A stretch of DNA of 63,220 bases, filler included, from Stramenopiles sp. TOSAG23-6 (GCA_900128565.1; 32 parts of 32 records of this genome joined end to end with filler, not necessarily neighbours in it); one strand, 5' to 3'. Shown: positions 26,309 through 38,770, numbered from the whole stretch's first letter. The notes: generated by a model not told the origin, from the sequence alone. A program made the numbers and translations.

Positions 26309-26588
26309 ATTTTACAAGATACATAATTAAATTTATTAAAAACATACCCCACACTTACGGTAATATGAGATATCATACGAGATAGGATTAGGGTTGGATT
26401 TGAAGTAGTATTGGATTTAAAATGAGAGTTTTAAAATGAGAGTCTTAAAACATACTATATATTTTGTTTTTCATACGTTTTTTACACCCAAACAGAGGAA
26501 AACACACGCAAAAACGGCTTAAAATACCCTGTGCAAAAGCACGCTTACGAATCATCGGATTGCGACGCATTTCCCGCGACTCGCATCG

Positions 26589-27761
26589 TCATGCCTGCGA
26601 CTTAAAAGCGATGAAATCCAAGTGAGTTGGGGGCTGGAGGCGATCTACAAGGTCGTCATCATTTCTCAATGCTGCGTCAAGCATAGCGCGCTCTCGGCGA
26701 AGGTCCATGCGTTCAATGTAGTTGACAACGCTGCTCATAAACGTGTAGTCCGTCACACCAGTGCTTATTGCCGACACTTTTGCGTGCTTCAAAAACTTAT
26801 CCAGCCCCCCAATATCGACAAAATTCATTGCAATACTGATGGTTTGCCCAACGTTTAAAACTTGATGGGGAACAGCTGCCGGTATGAATATAACTTCCCC
26901 GGCTTCTAAAACACCTTCATATACAGACGCGTACTTTGCCGTTTCAAACTCATCGCTGGGTTCAAAAATATCAGAAGGAAACGTATTCGCACGTATAGGA
27001 TCTTCATAAAGCAAATGTCGGTCTCGTGGATGAACGATTCGCCACCTCTTTTTGCCAGAAACTAAGCCCATCCAAGCCGCAGAGTTGCACCAATCGGCGT
27101 GAAGCGCCGACATTGTATTTTCTCCACCAATGAATATACTCGGCCAATAATCACGATAGCCTTTCCACAGGCGGTGTGTACTCCCTGGAACGCGCTGCAT
27201 GATGTCGGCGCTGAAGTAGTTTGGCACGACAACATCGTGCAGCAACTCCGGGCACGTCGTGTTCAACGGAGCATCGTGCAAGTACAAATGCTCCAAAAGG
27301 CGCTTCTGCGACCCCGGGGCGAGGTCCTCCATCCACACGGCGTTCAAGTAGTCTCTTGCCACTACTTTCTTAAACGCTTTCATGCGGGCCCAGCTTTGGG
27401 TGTCGTCTCTGTCGAGCTTTTTCAACAAAAACTCCCGATTACTACATATGTTTCGGATGCGGTCTACGCTCCAGGGTGGAAGCCCCGGCACAGCAGCATC
27501 GTCGGCGCCATGCAAATCTCGAAAACCTTCAATTATAACCGGCGTAGATGTGTGCGCATATCTCAGGTACTCGGCGTACGAAAAGTTAGAGGCGTGGACT
27601 CGATCAATTGCAAAACGTTCACCTTCTCCAACCCTATTGTTTCCGTGTCTATCTGGCTCTCCGTAAGCCGCGTCTGACAACAGCGTTTGAACGTAAAGCG
27701 ATGGCTCAAACCCTAAAGGTTCTCCTTTCCCATTCTTTGCGAGAAGAAGAAAATATCGCAA
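26589..27761 (-). CDS. JmjC (cupin-like) domain protein, 5' partial
   Basis: YLHD, IFIGGENTMSALHAD, GKKRWRI, LEAGEVIFIPAAVPHQVLN: HxD...H Fe ligands. Confidence 0.88.
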   Translation of the reverse strand: MRYFLLLAKNGKGEPLGFEPSLYVQTLLSDAAYGEPDRHGNNRVGEGERFAIDRVHASNFSYAEYLRYAHTSTPVIIEGFRDLHGADDAAVPGLPPWSVDRIRNICSNREFLLKKLDRDDTQSWARMKAFKKVVARDYLNAVWMEDLAPGSQKRLLEHLYLHDAPLNTTCPELLHDVVVPNYFSADIMQRVPGSTHRLWKGYRDYWPSIFIGGENTMSALHADWCNSAAWMGLVSGKKRWRIVHPRDRHLLYEDPIRANTFPSDIFEPSDEFETAKYASVYEGVLEAGEVIFIPAAVPHQVLNVGQTISIAMNFVDIGGLDKFLKHAKVSAISTGVTDYTFMSSVVNYIERMDLRRERAMLDAALRNDDDLVDRLQPPTHLDFIAFKSQA

Positions 27762-27869
27762 AAGATCTCNNNNNNNNNNNNNNNNNNNNNNNNNNNNNNN
27801 NNNNNNNNNNNNNTTAATTAATTAANNNNNNNNNNNNNNNNNNNNNNNNNNNNNNNNNNNNNNNNNNNN

Positions 27870-28361
27870 CAAATCTCAAAGAATTGTACTTGTCTAACAC
27901 TGAAATATCTGGCGCAATACCAACCGAAATTGGTCAACTAACAAAGCTCCAAAATTTGCTATTGGAACAAAACAAACTATCTGGTTCAATACCAAATGAA
28001 ATTGGTCGACTAACAAATCTTGGAAGGTTGAACTTGTCATACAACCAACTAACTGGTCCAATTCCAACGGAAATTGGTGAACTATCAAATCTCAGATTTT
28101 TGCTTTTGAATAGTAACCAACTAACTGGTACAATTCCAAAGGAAATTGATCAACTAACAAAGCTTACACAATTTGAGTTCCATAATAACCAACTAACTGG
28201 TTAACTGAAATTGGTCAACTATCAAATCTCAAAGGATTGTACTTGTATAATAAAAAACTAACTGGTTCAATTCCAACGGAAATTGGTCTACTAACGAATC
28301 TTGAACGTTTGAACTTGAAAAACAACAAACTAACTGGTTCAATACCGAAATATGGCAAGTA
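27870..28361 (+). pseudogene. LRR gene fragment with frameshift/stop near 28200
   Basis: GxIPTEIGxLTNL repeats continue in another frame after a short deletion. Confidence 0.65.
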
Positions 28362-29049
28362 AAACAAAATCATAATTTTTTTATGAGTCAATATTTTAAA
28401 TTCATCAATCTTTTTATTTTTTTGTCTCATTATTTCTGCCGTTTCATCTTTAAAATGAATAAAAAATTGTAGAATGATTTCTCCATCTATTTATGATATT
28501 TTCATACCATACAACACAATATATATTGTGAAAAAAAATAAAAAATTGTTTTTTCTTAGGTACAAAATTTACTATAAAAAAAAATTAGACTAAACATTGA
28601 AAAAAAAAAAAAAAAAAAAAAATTGTTAGGAACAAAATGTACTAAAAAAAAAAAAAAAACATTGAAACGAAAAGGTTAAAAAAATCATGTGTGTAAATAT
28701 TGAAAATTAAAAAAAAAATTTAAAAAAAAATTCNAAAAAAAAAAAAAAAATGTTTTTCTATGAAAATGTACTACAAAAAAAAAATATTGAAAACATAGAA
28801 AAAACGTACCAGGCGATGAATTTCCAATGACATGAGAAAAAGTACTAATTACGGATGCTCCTGCAAGAGGCGCACCGATAGACCAAACCAATATTTCTGA
28901 TATAACTAAAATATTAAATGTCGGATTTAAAATTGTCTAAATAAATCGAAAATATTTGAATTTTTTTTTTTTTTTTGTTAGGTACAAAATTTTGTATGAA
29001 AAAAAAGATTGTAAAAAAATTATTTAAAAAAAAAATTACAAAAGCAGTG

Positions 29050-29673
29050 CAAAATGTTCCGAATCCAATCATTGCAAATGCAAATACATTCCAGTTATGA
29101 TCCTTTATTGTGAATTTTTTACCTAAAAATCCTTTCGAGCTACACGCCACAGAATGTGAAAAATATTTCAATAAAAATTTAAAAAAAATCGTTAGGTACA
29201 AAATTTCGTATGAAANTTTTTTTTTTTTTTTTTTTTAAATTCATGATAAACACGAAAAAGACATACATTGTGAGCATTACAAAAAAACCTATTATACCAA
29301 GATACATTAAAAATAAAGAAATATTTGTTGAATGTGTATGGAGTATACTATCTGAATTATTTGAATGAAGCAATATAGTTGTAGGTTTCGTGTTATTTTG
29401 AAATGTTTGAGTTGTATTTGTTATATTTGTTATATTTGTTGTATTTGTTGTAAGGTTAACCCTACTAGGGTTAGGGTTATTTTGTGTTATTTTCATATTT
29501 TTTGTTTTTAAATATAGAAATGGGGTAATTGTTTCAAAAATTGACAAAATTCCCTTAGCTAACAAATTTAGTATGATAAATAAGATATATCCTTTCCAAT
29601 AAAGAAAAGAAGGTAAAATTTGACTTTTATCTATAGGGTTAGGGTTAGGGTTAGTTTTTTTTTTCATAGACAT
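29050..29673 (-). CDS. Membrane (MFS-like) protein exons separated by family introns
   Basis: Hydrophobic helices (ILFIILNLLAKGILSIFET; FLMYLGIIGFFVML); family donor near 29265. Confidence 0.45.
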
Positions 29674-29749
29674 TTTTGTATTAATTTTTGTATTAATTTT
29701 TGTATTAATTTTTGTATCAATTTTTGTATTAATTTTTGTATCAATTTTT
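29672..29749. repeat. 12-bp tandem repeat (TTTTTGTATYAA)n
   Basis: About six units up to the contig end. Confidence 0.85.
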
Positions 29750-29851
29750 NNNNNNNNNNNNNNNNNNNNNNNNNNNNNNNNNNNNNNNNNNNNTTAATTA
29801 ATTAANNNNNNNNNNNNNNNNNNNNNNNNNNNNNNNNNNNNNNNNNNNNAT

Positions 29852-31561
29852 AATGCCGTTTTGGAAGACAAAAGTGTCACTGAAATATTGGTCCATTTTT
29901 TGAAAATGTTTGGTCAAAATAGTCCATTCATCAAATATAATTCTATTGGAATGATGTTTGACACCGCTATTGAGGAAGATAGCGAAAACAAAATTTTTAA
30001 AGCCTATTGCGCTCAAGATATTATGGTAAGGGATCCTGATGAACATATGTTCATTCAAAACCCTCTAAAAGGAGATAGCAACGTGTGTAAGAATGTGACT
30101 TTAGTTACAAATTTGAGAGATGCATTTCAAGATTTATACGATAATATCATAAATGGTCATATTGATAATTTAGAAAGGGCGTTTTCTCTACCACAGATAC
30201 CTGTTACCGGCGCTGACAGGGTCGGTGTTGAGGAGAGAGCGTCCGCCCATGAAGGCGCCGCAAGTGAGAGTGACGCGCTTGCACACCCAGAGGCCCAGCT
30301 CCCACCGAAGGAGTTGAGTGGGGGCCATCCTCCAGAACAGTTTCAAGAAAACGCCTCAACAATAGCAATAAGTGCAGTGCAAGAAGATGCAGCACATTTC
30401 AGTACAGTTGAATATAAAGCCAAAACCGGCGCTGAGGGCAATCCTACAAAACCTAAAAAGAAGAAAAAGAAGAACAAAAAGAAAAACAAAAAGAAGAAAA
30501 AAACAACCGAAAGTGGTGATAACGATGTACTTGTACTTGCACAAGCTCTTGCTGAAAAAGAAGAAGCAATCGCACGAGATCTTGCTGAAAAAGAAGAAGC
30601 AATCAAAACACACACTGAATACATCACGAAAATGGTAGAGATGATTCTGCCAGAAGAAAAAATTTGCTCAATGATAGATCATAGCATAATAGACTTTTTC
30701 TTTACCGCGCCTTTCACTTCTGATGCATCCGCTGTCACTGGAGCTACTCTTCATTATGTCGAGCCTGATGATGATTTTCGCGTGAAATTTGACCACATTA
30801 AAGCTTATGTGCATGCAGCTCTAAGAGATTCTGTGTATGTACAGTCTATATATGAAGAAGCGACAGACCGTGTAGATATAGAAATGGAACATCAGCTAGA
30901 TAAAGCGATATATTATGAGCAAAAGCAAAGGAATATGGATGAAGTTTTCGATAAATTAATTTCACACGTTTTCAGAGAATCCTATAAAAGGGGGATAGTC
31001 AAACCATTAAATGGTACATTTGGACTTGTAAAAGATTTGAAAAAAATGATGAATGCATCAATTGTATTTATGGCAGAGTATCTAGTTGAGAACCAGATAA
31101 GCCTGATGAAAACTGCACCATTGAAGGTTTTAACCGCGGAACACGGACCAAAAGTATTTCTTGATGAATTTTCTTCTAAATTTTCTGGTGGTGTATTAAA
31201 TCAAGTAGAATGTGAAAGTTTATTTGATATTATTACCGACGATATCATTCATAGCCCATTGTTGAAATTATTTAAACTTGGACACGATGAAATACTTGTA
31301 CTAAGAGATGAAACACATGAAACACATGAATTTCGATGGTATATTCAATTCAGCGATTCAATACGAATGAAAATAATGATGCAAGCGCAATCCATTGAAG
31401 TTCCCCAAACAATGAATGAAGTTGTCCAAACCCTTGTATTATCAGCCAATCCAGGTTCAGGGATCCAAGAATTGAGAATTTCTCCTCCGAAACCTACATC
31501 TGCAGCATCAGAAGTTGTGGCAGAAGTTGATAAAAAATCTGAACCTGAACCTGAATCTTAG
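29852..31561 (+). CDS. Protein with a PAP/TUTase-associated-like N-terminal segment and Lys-rich tract, 5' partial
   Basis: SVTEILVHFLKMFG...MFIQNPL..DSNVCKN resembles PAP_assoc; 566-aa ORF. Confidence 0.5.
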   Translation, partial: NAVLEDKSVTEILVHFLKMFGQNSPFIKYNSIGMMFDTAIEEDSENKIFKAYCAQDIMVRDPDEHMFIQNPLKGDSNVCKNVTLVTNLRDAFQDLYDNIINGHIDNLERAFSLPQIPVTGADRVGVEERASAHEGAASESDALAHPEAQLPPKELSGGHPPEQFQENASTIAISAVQEDAAHFSTVEYKAKTGAEGNPTKPKKKKKKNKKKNKKKKKTTESGDNDVLVLAQALAEKEEAIARDLAEKEEAIKTHTEYITKMVEMILPEEKICSMIDHSIIDFFFTAPFTSDASAVTGATLHYVEPDDDFRVKFDHIKAYVHAALRDSVYVQSIYEEATDRVDIEMEHQLDKAIYYEQKQRNMDEVFDKLISHVFRESYKRGIVKPLNGTFGLVKDLKKMMNASIVFMAEYLVENQISLMKTAPLKVLTAEHGPKVFLDEFSSKFSGGVLNQVECESLFDIITDDIIHSPLLKLFKLGHDEILVLRDETHETHEFRWYIQFSDSIRMKIMMQAQSIEVPQTMNEVVQTLVLSANPGSGIQELRISPPKPTSAASEVVAEVDKKSEPEPES

Positions 31562-31881
31562 CATACCTCTGCTGCTCTGTAGTTAACCCAAAAGATGCCA
31601 CTGATAGGGAAGAGAGCACACAACTACACTTTCTAGCAATTGTGTGTGAATATGAATATCCATTCCTTTTAGTATATACCGAGTGTAATATATTCATACA
31701 GTACATTGTTTTGCCATTTGGTTTAAATNNNNNNNNNNNNNNNNNNNNNNNNNNNNNNNNNNNNNNNNNNNNTTAATTAATTAANNNNNNNNNNNNNNNN
31801 NNNNNNNNNNNNNNNNNNNNNNNNNNNNTACGAAATTTTGTACCTAACGATTTNTTTTTGAAATATTTTTCCAAAATAAAT

Positions 31882-33702
31882 GGGGTAACGGCAATCCAAT
31901 GTGGATCAATAAATGGGTTAAACCATCCAACCAGGATTTCAGGAATATTTTCTATTTACAACCTGTTGATAAAGACACCATCAAATTTGGTGTGTATACG
32001 ACTGATAATAATGCTGTTGAGGCTGATATTTCATCTTTGAAAATAAATGAATGGCACCACTACTGTGGCGTTTATGATGGTTCAAAAATGAGATTGTACG
32101 TTGATGGTCAAAAAAAAGGCGAAGAAAATGTTTCAGGAGTAATCTTTAACCAAGGAATAGAGGAAACAAATCACTTGGGAATATCATTTTGTAATGCTGA
32201 TACCAACAATGATGATGATTCGGATAGCTTCATTAAAAAATATGGGTGCTATGAAGGATTTTTATCTGACGTTCGAGTTTATAAGGATCCTTTGTCAGAG
32301 ACTGAAATAAATAATATATCTACATCAGAACTCCAAAATCAGAGCGATGTTACTCTGACGATTACATTTCCGAAGGCTCGTAATATCAGGGAAGTGAGGG
32401 TGCGCCCAGTTGGTAGGTCTGGTAATACTAATGGCAATGCCTTTAAAATTCAGTTGGGCGACGAGTACACATCCAACACTGAAAGAAAAGGTAGTGAAAA
32501 CCTTGGCTACGTATGGTCGAAAAAATTTAACGAAGTGGTAAATGTTGAAACAATCACCGTCACAGTGTTGTCAGTGGGAACATATGGTCCAATATTGGAG
32601 GAGCTGATGATATATGAAGGTGGTAGTGATGTTGTCTCGAGACGGCGTAGACTTCAAGAAGAAGACGATGAAACAGATCTTGTGTTAATAGACATCTCCT
32701 GTCACAACAGTTATGGCAACACTAATACAAAATGTTGGGGTTATCCTAATCTTGACACAAAATACAACACTTACTATTTTCCCTCTAAATCTGAATACGA
32801 AAATGGTTCCGAGGATGGTATCAGGGTGACACCTACACCGGGTATAGACTGTTACTACAGTAGTTGTAGTCAGGCTTTTTGGCATATGGATATGCTTTTT
32901 GATCAATCGGATCATTTAGCAAGTACCCCTGGTGGTTGGTGGCATACAATGGTTTATAATGATAGTACGAATCACAGCTACAAATTTGAATTTAGTAGAA
33001 CATACTTTATTGGAAAGGTTAGGGTTTTAGGTTCCAAGTATGATAATAATGTAAAACCTAGTCTGTTGATTGGTAGTAAATCATGGATGAGTACCGAAGC
33101 TTTGTCCAAACTAAATGCTCCAAGTGGTTCTAAATACAGCTTCAAAAATGTATGGGACCAGGATATCAGTCCTCCCGAAGAAGTGGGCCCAAACATTCAC
33201 GCAACTATAAGAATTACAGGATCACAACAAATTCAAGAAATTGAGTTCTGGGAGTATATCCCTGGTTTGAAAAAGATTGATTTATCGTGTCCCAATAATA
33301 ATTGTTGGGCTAATTATCAATATACAATTGACGGTGTTGCTACTGTGGCTGTGACGAACTCTTCCGGAAATATCTCCAGTGACGTAGAAAATTTCTATCC
33401 AGTTTTCAATGGTTCGTTTTCTGGAGGTATCGATAATAAGTATGCAAGTCCCTATCCCTATTATCTCAGTAGTAAGGGTGTACAAAATTATCATAGTCTC
33501 GATGTTACGTTTGGATCTCCTCGAAATATACAGTACATCAAAGTTTGGCCAAATGGGAAAGATAGTCCTCCTAGCTCTAGTTTCCGTATAGTAGCTGATG
33601 ACGTTTATCAATCAGATTGGATAAATATGAATACATTAAGATATTATCCAGCTCGGCAGTGGTCCAAAAGGTTTACTCCTCCGATTAGGATAACTAAAGT
33701 TT
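31882..33702 (+). CDS. LamG-like extracellular protein, variant B of 2050-3891
   Basis: Identical to variant A except in two divergent blocks. Confidence 0.75.
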
Positions 33703-33802
33703 NNNNNNNNNNNNNNNNNNNNNNNNNNNNNNNNNNNNNNNNNNNNTTAATTAATTAANNNNNNNNNNNNNNNNNNNNNNNNNNNNNNNNNNNNNNNNNN
33801 NN

Positions 33803-35257
33803 TACACGCCACTGTTGGTCTTCAGCTAAATCAACTATTGCGGGAAATAGAGACTGTGAAAGCAGTCCAATCCCAATTACTTTATTCACATCAGATAATT
33901 TTGAAATTATGTTTAATCTTACATCAGGATTTGAATCCTTCAGCAACAAAAGAAACATCGGAAGAAGATGTGAAATAGTATTTTCTTTACCAAGAACTGG
34001 TGCCATTGCCATAACATCCCCTGCTAATGCACTTCGAACATGTTCAGATGCATCTGTAGCTAAACATCTTACCTGTGGAAGTATCTTCTCTAGAGCAGAT
34101 TGAACAGAAATAAGTTTCGCAATAGCTGATACTTTAGATGCAGCTGCTGTGCGAACTTCTGCCTCATCATCCTGTAGTAAAGATTGAAAAATATCTGTCA
34201 TATGAAGTTCAGTTGAAGCACGACCTAAGGGTGTACACAACTCGACGAATTGATTTGCTACAGACCAACGCACTCGCCAAGAAGGATCTCGTGCTAGTGC
34301 AATTGCCATAGGCAGAACTTCCGTAAGAACTCCATGTACTGTGAAAGAATTATTTTACGTTTGAAATTTGTTAGGTACGAAATGTAGTACAAAAACAAAC
34401 TAATTTCAATTTTGAAATGAAAACATACATTTTCGGGGAGAATACTCGCAAGTAAAATGCAGTTATCAACGGCTAATAATCGAACTGAATCCTGGTCATC
34501 TTTACTTAACTTTGAGAATAGAGGTATTATAGAAGTTGTCACCTCTTCTAGAGTCATTTGTTGACAAAACTTCCCCATGTGGGTAGCTGCAGACCTACGT
34601 ACCATAGGTGTATCATCTTTGGAAAGTTTCGTATATATATCTATCATTGCACGCTGATTTTCTGGGGATACTCGCTTATAACCGACCCAAAATAAACCAC
34701 ATGCTGAAATACGTGAAGTAAACCAGTCTTTTGTACCCAACCTTGTCAATAAGGGAACAAAGTGCATCGAAACTGACTCAGCCGTAAGCTGTTGTATGAC
34801 AATGCAAATTGAAGCCACTGCTCGATCACGGACAGTAATTTCTTCTACCGTACATAAAGCCTCTAATGGAACTAACAGATGGTGTGCGTGGTTTGCTCCG
34901 CCGATAAGGGCAACAAATTTACCGAGCTTCTCAGCTAGAACTAGTAACACTTCATCCTCGTCATCCACAGACTCGTTGACGAAAGGAATTAGCTCATCAC
35001 GTGTTCGATCCGTTCCAAGAGCTGCAGCGATTTCATCGAGTCGCTTCATCGACTTAAGGCGCAAATTAATATCATCATGCTTTAGATCATCTATCAGCTT
35101 GGCTATCGGGTATATATCTGTTATTAGGAAAATATCTAAGAAAACAGGAGAATAGTGAGGACAAATGTTTTGTTGAATAGTGAAAAGTACAATTTTTACT
35201 TTAGAGCTAGTATAGTGCCAATAACTTGTAAAAATATTGCATACCTGTTGTCGCCAT
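33803..35257 (-). CDS. PPP2R1A: Protein phosphatase 2A scaffold (A) subunit; exons 35257-35245, 35117-34429, 34333-33803 (3' partial)
   Basis: IYPIAKLIDDLK, LGTDRTRDELIPF, DWFTSRISAC, DDTPMVRR, DQDSVRLLAV, DPSWRVR HEAT repeats; intron 1 (35118-35244) is GT-AG. Confidence 0.95.
34334..34428 (-). mobile_element. Introner-like GT-AT intron in PP2A-A
   Basis: GAA AAT|GTATGTTTT...CACAGTACAT|GGA gives LP-ENGVLTE-VLP (7-residue spacing as in human LP-QEDLEAL-VMP); the nearby CAG is out of frame. Confidence 0.9.
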
Positions 35258-35776
35258 ACTGCACTCTAATCACGTGCGTGGAATGATTATCGCGTTGTAT
35301 CCCTCGGAGATTTGCTGATGGATTANNNNNNNNGAAAATTATACAGCCGGGCTCTTCTCTCTCCTCGAACGACGATTTTTCGATTTCCCTAAAAAATGAC
35401 AATCGCAAAAATCGTTACCCGGGTCCACAAATAAATTAAAATATTTAATTTTTGATTTTTTCCAACTTAAAATTCATTATTATACAATAGTAAAAATGAT
35501 GAAAAGATATAAAGTACTGTGTACCGATATTAAACATTATAAACGCATGCGATTTTTGATTTTAGTTTAAAATATTTAAGAAATGAAATAAAAACTTCTT
35601 TATGCCAATCAAATCCCAGGTTCGCAAGGTGTCATTTGATGGAATAAGTTGAGGTCTATAGAAAAGCCATGCTTATNNNNNNNNNNNNNNNNNNNNNNNN
35701 NNNNNNNNNNNNNNNNNNNNTTAATTAATTAANNNNNNNNNNNNNNNNNNNNNNNNNNNNNNNNNNNNNNNNNNNN

Positions 35777-37575
35777 TTGATTCATACTTGATGATTGTAA
35801 AGGTTGTAGAGGTTGTTTAGTTAAAACTGGCTGAGCGAGAATTGGTTCTGAGNCTTGNTNCACTGTACTATATCGGTTAATATTTTTGATATGATTAACA
35901 GAGAGGGAGCGCTTGCGTAGTATAGTAGCAAGGGTATCATTGATATCATATAACTCAGAATTTTCAACAACGGCACGAAAACGACCAGCACCAGATCTAG
36001 AAATTCGAAGACCTCGTTTTAGGCCATATGTATTTTTTAGTGCTTTTAATAATTTATACAGGGTAGGATAACATGTATTTTGTAAAAATATTTCAAAAAA
36101 AATCGTTAGGTACAAAATTTCGTACGAAAAAAAAGATAAATTTGAAATTCAATTTTGAAATCATACATGTGCTAGATAATGTATCCTTTGAAAGTGCGAA
36201 TGAAACTGTAGGATCTATTTCCATTTTAATGATTTTTTCGATGGTAGTTTTTGATTTATCAACATAGCAAAGACCTAATTCTTTTGATGAAAAATTTCTC
36301 AACCGAACTACAAATGTCCCAACATTTTCATTTTGTAGAACATCCACTGCATTATCCCACGACATTAGAGGACTAAAATATCGAAATCCACGATCAAGAA
36401 GTTCATCTTCACCAGACCAATTCATTCCCATACTATAAAAAGATTTGGCAGTACTATCATGATTTCTCTCAGATGATTTGGATATTTCGGGAATTTTGGC
36501 GGGAATTACACTTATAGGATGCAATGGTGCAATTTGTTTTCCAATCCAAGGAGCATTTCTGGTCCGATATTTGAGGCTACTCATTCTGCCCTTTCTACTT
36601 CGGGCTTTTTGGCATGACACACATACACCAACAGCAAGACCAGGTCTGAACTCGAGCGGACGATTGCATCGCACACAATTTTTTATTTTACTTTCTGTCA
36701 CCTTGGATGATGATATGGTATTCTTTTTTATTTTACTTTCTGTCACCTTGGACGATGATATGGTATTCTTTTGTACAGGTACCTGAACTGAAAAGTGATC
36801 ACCCGGCACAACTCCAGCAGGGATTGTTATTGTTGCTTCTGTAGTAATTTCTCCTATTCGAACTGAAGCATTTATTTGATCTCCTCCAACTGAATGTTCA
36901 GGACAAGTAATTAAATGCTCTTCAAATTCTTCATCAGATGTATCTTTATTATCTACATCGATTTTACTGTATGATGAAAAAATATTTCAAAAAAAAAATC
37001 ATTAGGTACAAAATTTCGTACGAAACAAAATCAAATTTGAAAAAAATAAAACATACCTTTGTACCATTGAACTTCTTTTCCTCATTTTACTCTGTATCAT
37101 TGAACTTCTTTTCCACGTGATATTTTCATCTTTTTTACGAATCCACTTTCCAGGAATTCCATTGTATAAACATTCCGCTTCATCTCCATCAACACGGAGA
37201 ACATCAGCAACTAACCAAATTTTTCTACTCCTAGAATATGTTAATATTGAATCTCCAACGTAAAGAAACTTTTTACTATCTTTGTTTGGAATAGTAAAAC
37301 TATTCTGAGTAATTAGGGTTGGGAAATTCAAATCTTGATTCAAATGTTGATTCAAATGTTGATTCAAATGTTGATGTAAATCTTGATTCAAACCATTAAT
37401 TTTTTCTGATATCGGTTCTTTTATGCCAATAATGGATGTATCCTCTTGTACTTCAATTGAAACATTTTGTTCATAGAATATCATAACTGGTTGTAAATGA
37501 CCTTTTATACATCGACTTCTGACTATATCCCAGGAGCCAACATGAATTACATTTTTATCATCAAAAAGAAGCCAT
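35777..37575 (-). CDS. Multi-exon protein with an SH2-like domain; introns 36073-36166 (GT-AT) and 36967-37056 (GT-AG)
   Basis: YFSPLMSWDNAVDVLQNENVGTFVVRL...LGLCYV...YPTLYKLL SH2 pattern; both joins are in frame. Confidence 0.65.
36967..37056 (-). mobile_element. Introner-like intron with AG duplication, giving a canonical GT-AG
   Basis: CAA AG|GTATGTTTT...core...CATACAG|T AAA. Confidence 0.8.
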
Positions 37576-37845
37576 ATATAGTAAAAAAATATACCAAATT
37601 CGAAATTCGTTAATTACTCAAAAAAAAAGAAAATATTTTTTTAAGAGTGNNNNNNNNNNNNNNNNNNNNNNNNNNNNNNNNNNNNNNNNNNNNTTAATTA
37701 ATTAANNNNNNNNNNNNNNNNNNNNNNNNNNNNNNNNNNNNNNNNNNNNTCAAAAAAAATTCTAAAAAATTTGTTAGGTACAAAATTTCGTACGAAAAAA
37801 AAAATCGATTTTTTTTTTTACCGTAAAAAAAAAAAATAAAACAGA

Positions 37846-38258
37846 CATGAAGGTAGTTCACCGTATTGTACTTGTTGAATTGCGTATATACATAATTCAC
37901 AATATCCATGTTCACCTGAATTTTTTGCTTGTACGGACATTTTAACTTTTTGTTCCATTTTTGTACTTAATTTTGTAGTTATTTTTGAAGCCATCTCTAC
38001 AAAGGATATTGGCATTGTATGTTGATTTGATGTGTTCTTTGAATACAAAGGATCGATATTATACTTATTATACATCTTCGACATGATTTCGTTCGGTCCT
38101 CTCTGTCTTTTGATTTGGCGTTCGGTGTCGTTTTTATCAAACATGTTTGAGAAAGGAATGAAAGGAGTAACGTGGAATCCGCCGCCGCTCCCCATGGTGT
38201 GAGTAAAACATGAACAAAGCCACACCGTTAAGAAACAAGAAAATTGTGTACAGTACAT
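37846..38258 (-). CDS. Secreted uncharacterised protein, first exon (second copy ~61455-61867)
   Basis: Signal-peptide-like start; GYCELCIYAIQQ; runs into a family intron with an atypical donor. Confidence 0.55.
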
Positions 38259-38770
38259 TCCTTGATATATATACTATGCTTGCTGAATGATAACGTCAGT
38301 GTTTCATATATATATATATATCAATAGGGTTTAAATTGGGTTTATTTGTAATATAGAGTTTACAATATTTGTTTTTGTTCAACAGATCAAAAGAGAGAGA
38401 GAGAGAGATCGACATAAAAACGAATAATTTTTCAAAAAAAATTTCTTCGATTCCAAAACACGAAATCTGATCATTTTGTTATAACGGTTCAATTTTTTTT
38501 TAGATTTCATTTTTTTTTAGATTTTTTTTTGGTGTTTTTTTTTTTTTTTTGTGTGTTTTTCAGCGTTTTTCAGCAAGCGATCTTTTTTAACTGTTACATC
38601 TGAATGCTCTACTGAAAAAACTAAATAGCAGCACTTTCAGATGATATAACTATTAGTAATAATAAAGTAAAGTAGAATATAGCACGATTAATTACTCGGA
38701 TGAATGACATACATCATACACCGAAGAAAAAGACACAGTAAAGAATGTGTCTTGAATAGATCCTTACACA

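Noticed and set aside
32696-33647. Diversity-generating retroelement VR/TR pair
   Set aside because: Differences are not adenine-specific and include indels; no reverse transcriptase is seen
33803-35257. Alternative genetic code explaining the broken ORFs
   Set aside because: Exons of conserved genes translate cleanly in the standard code; the breaks coincide with introns
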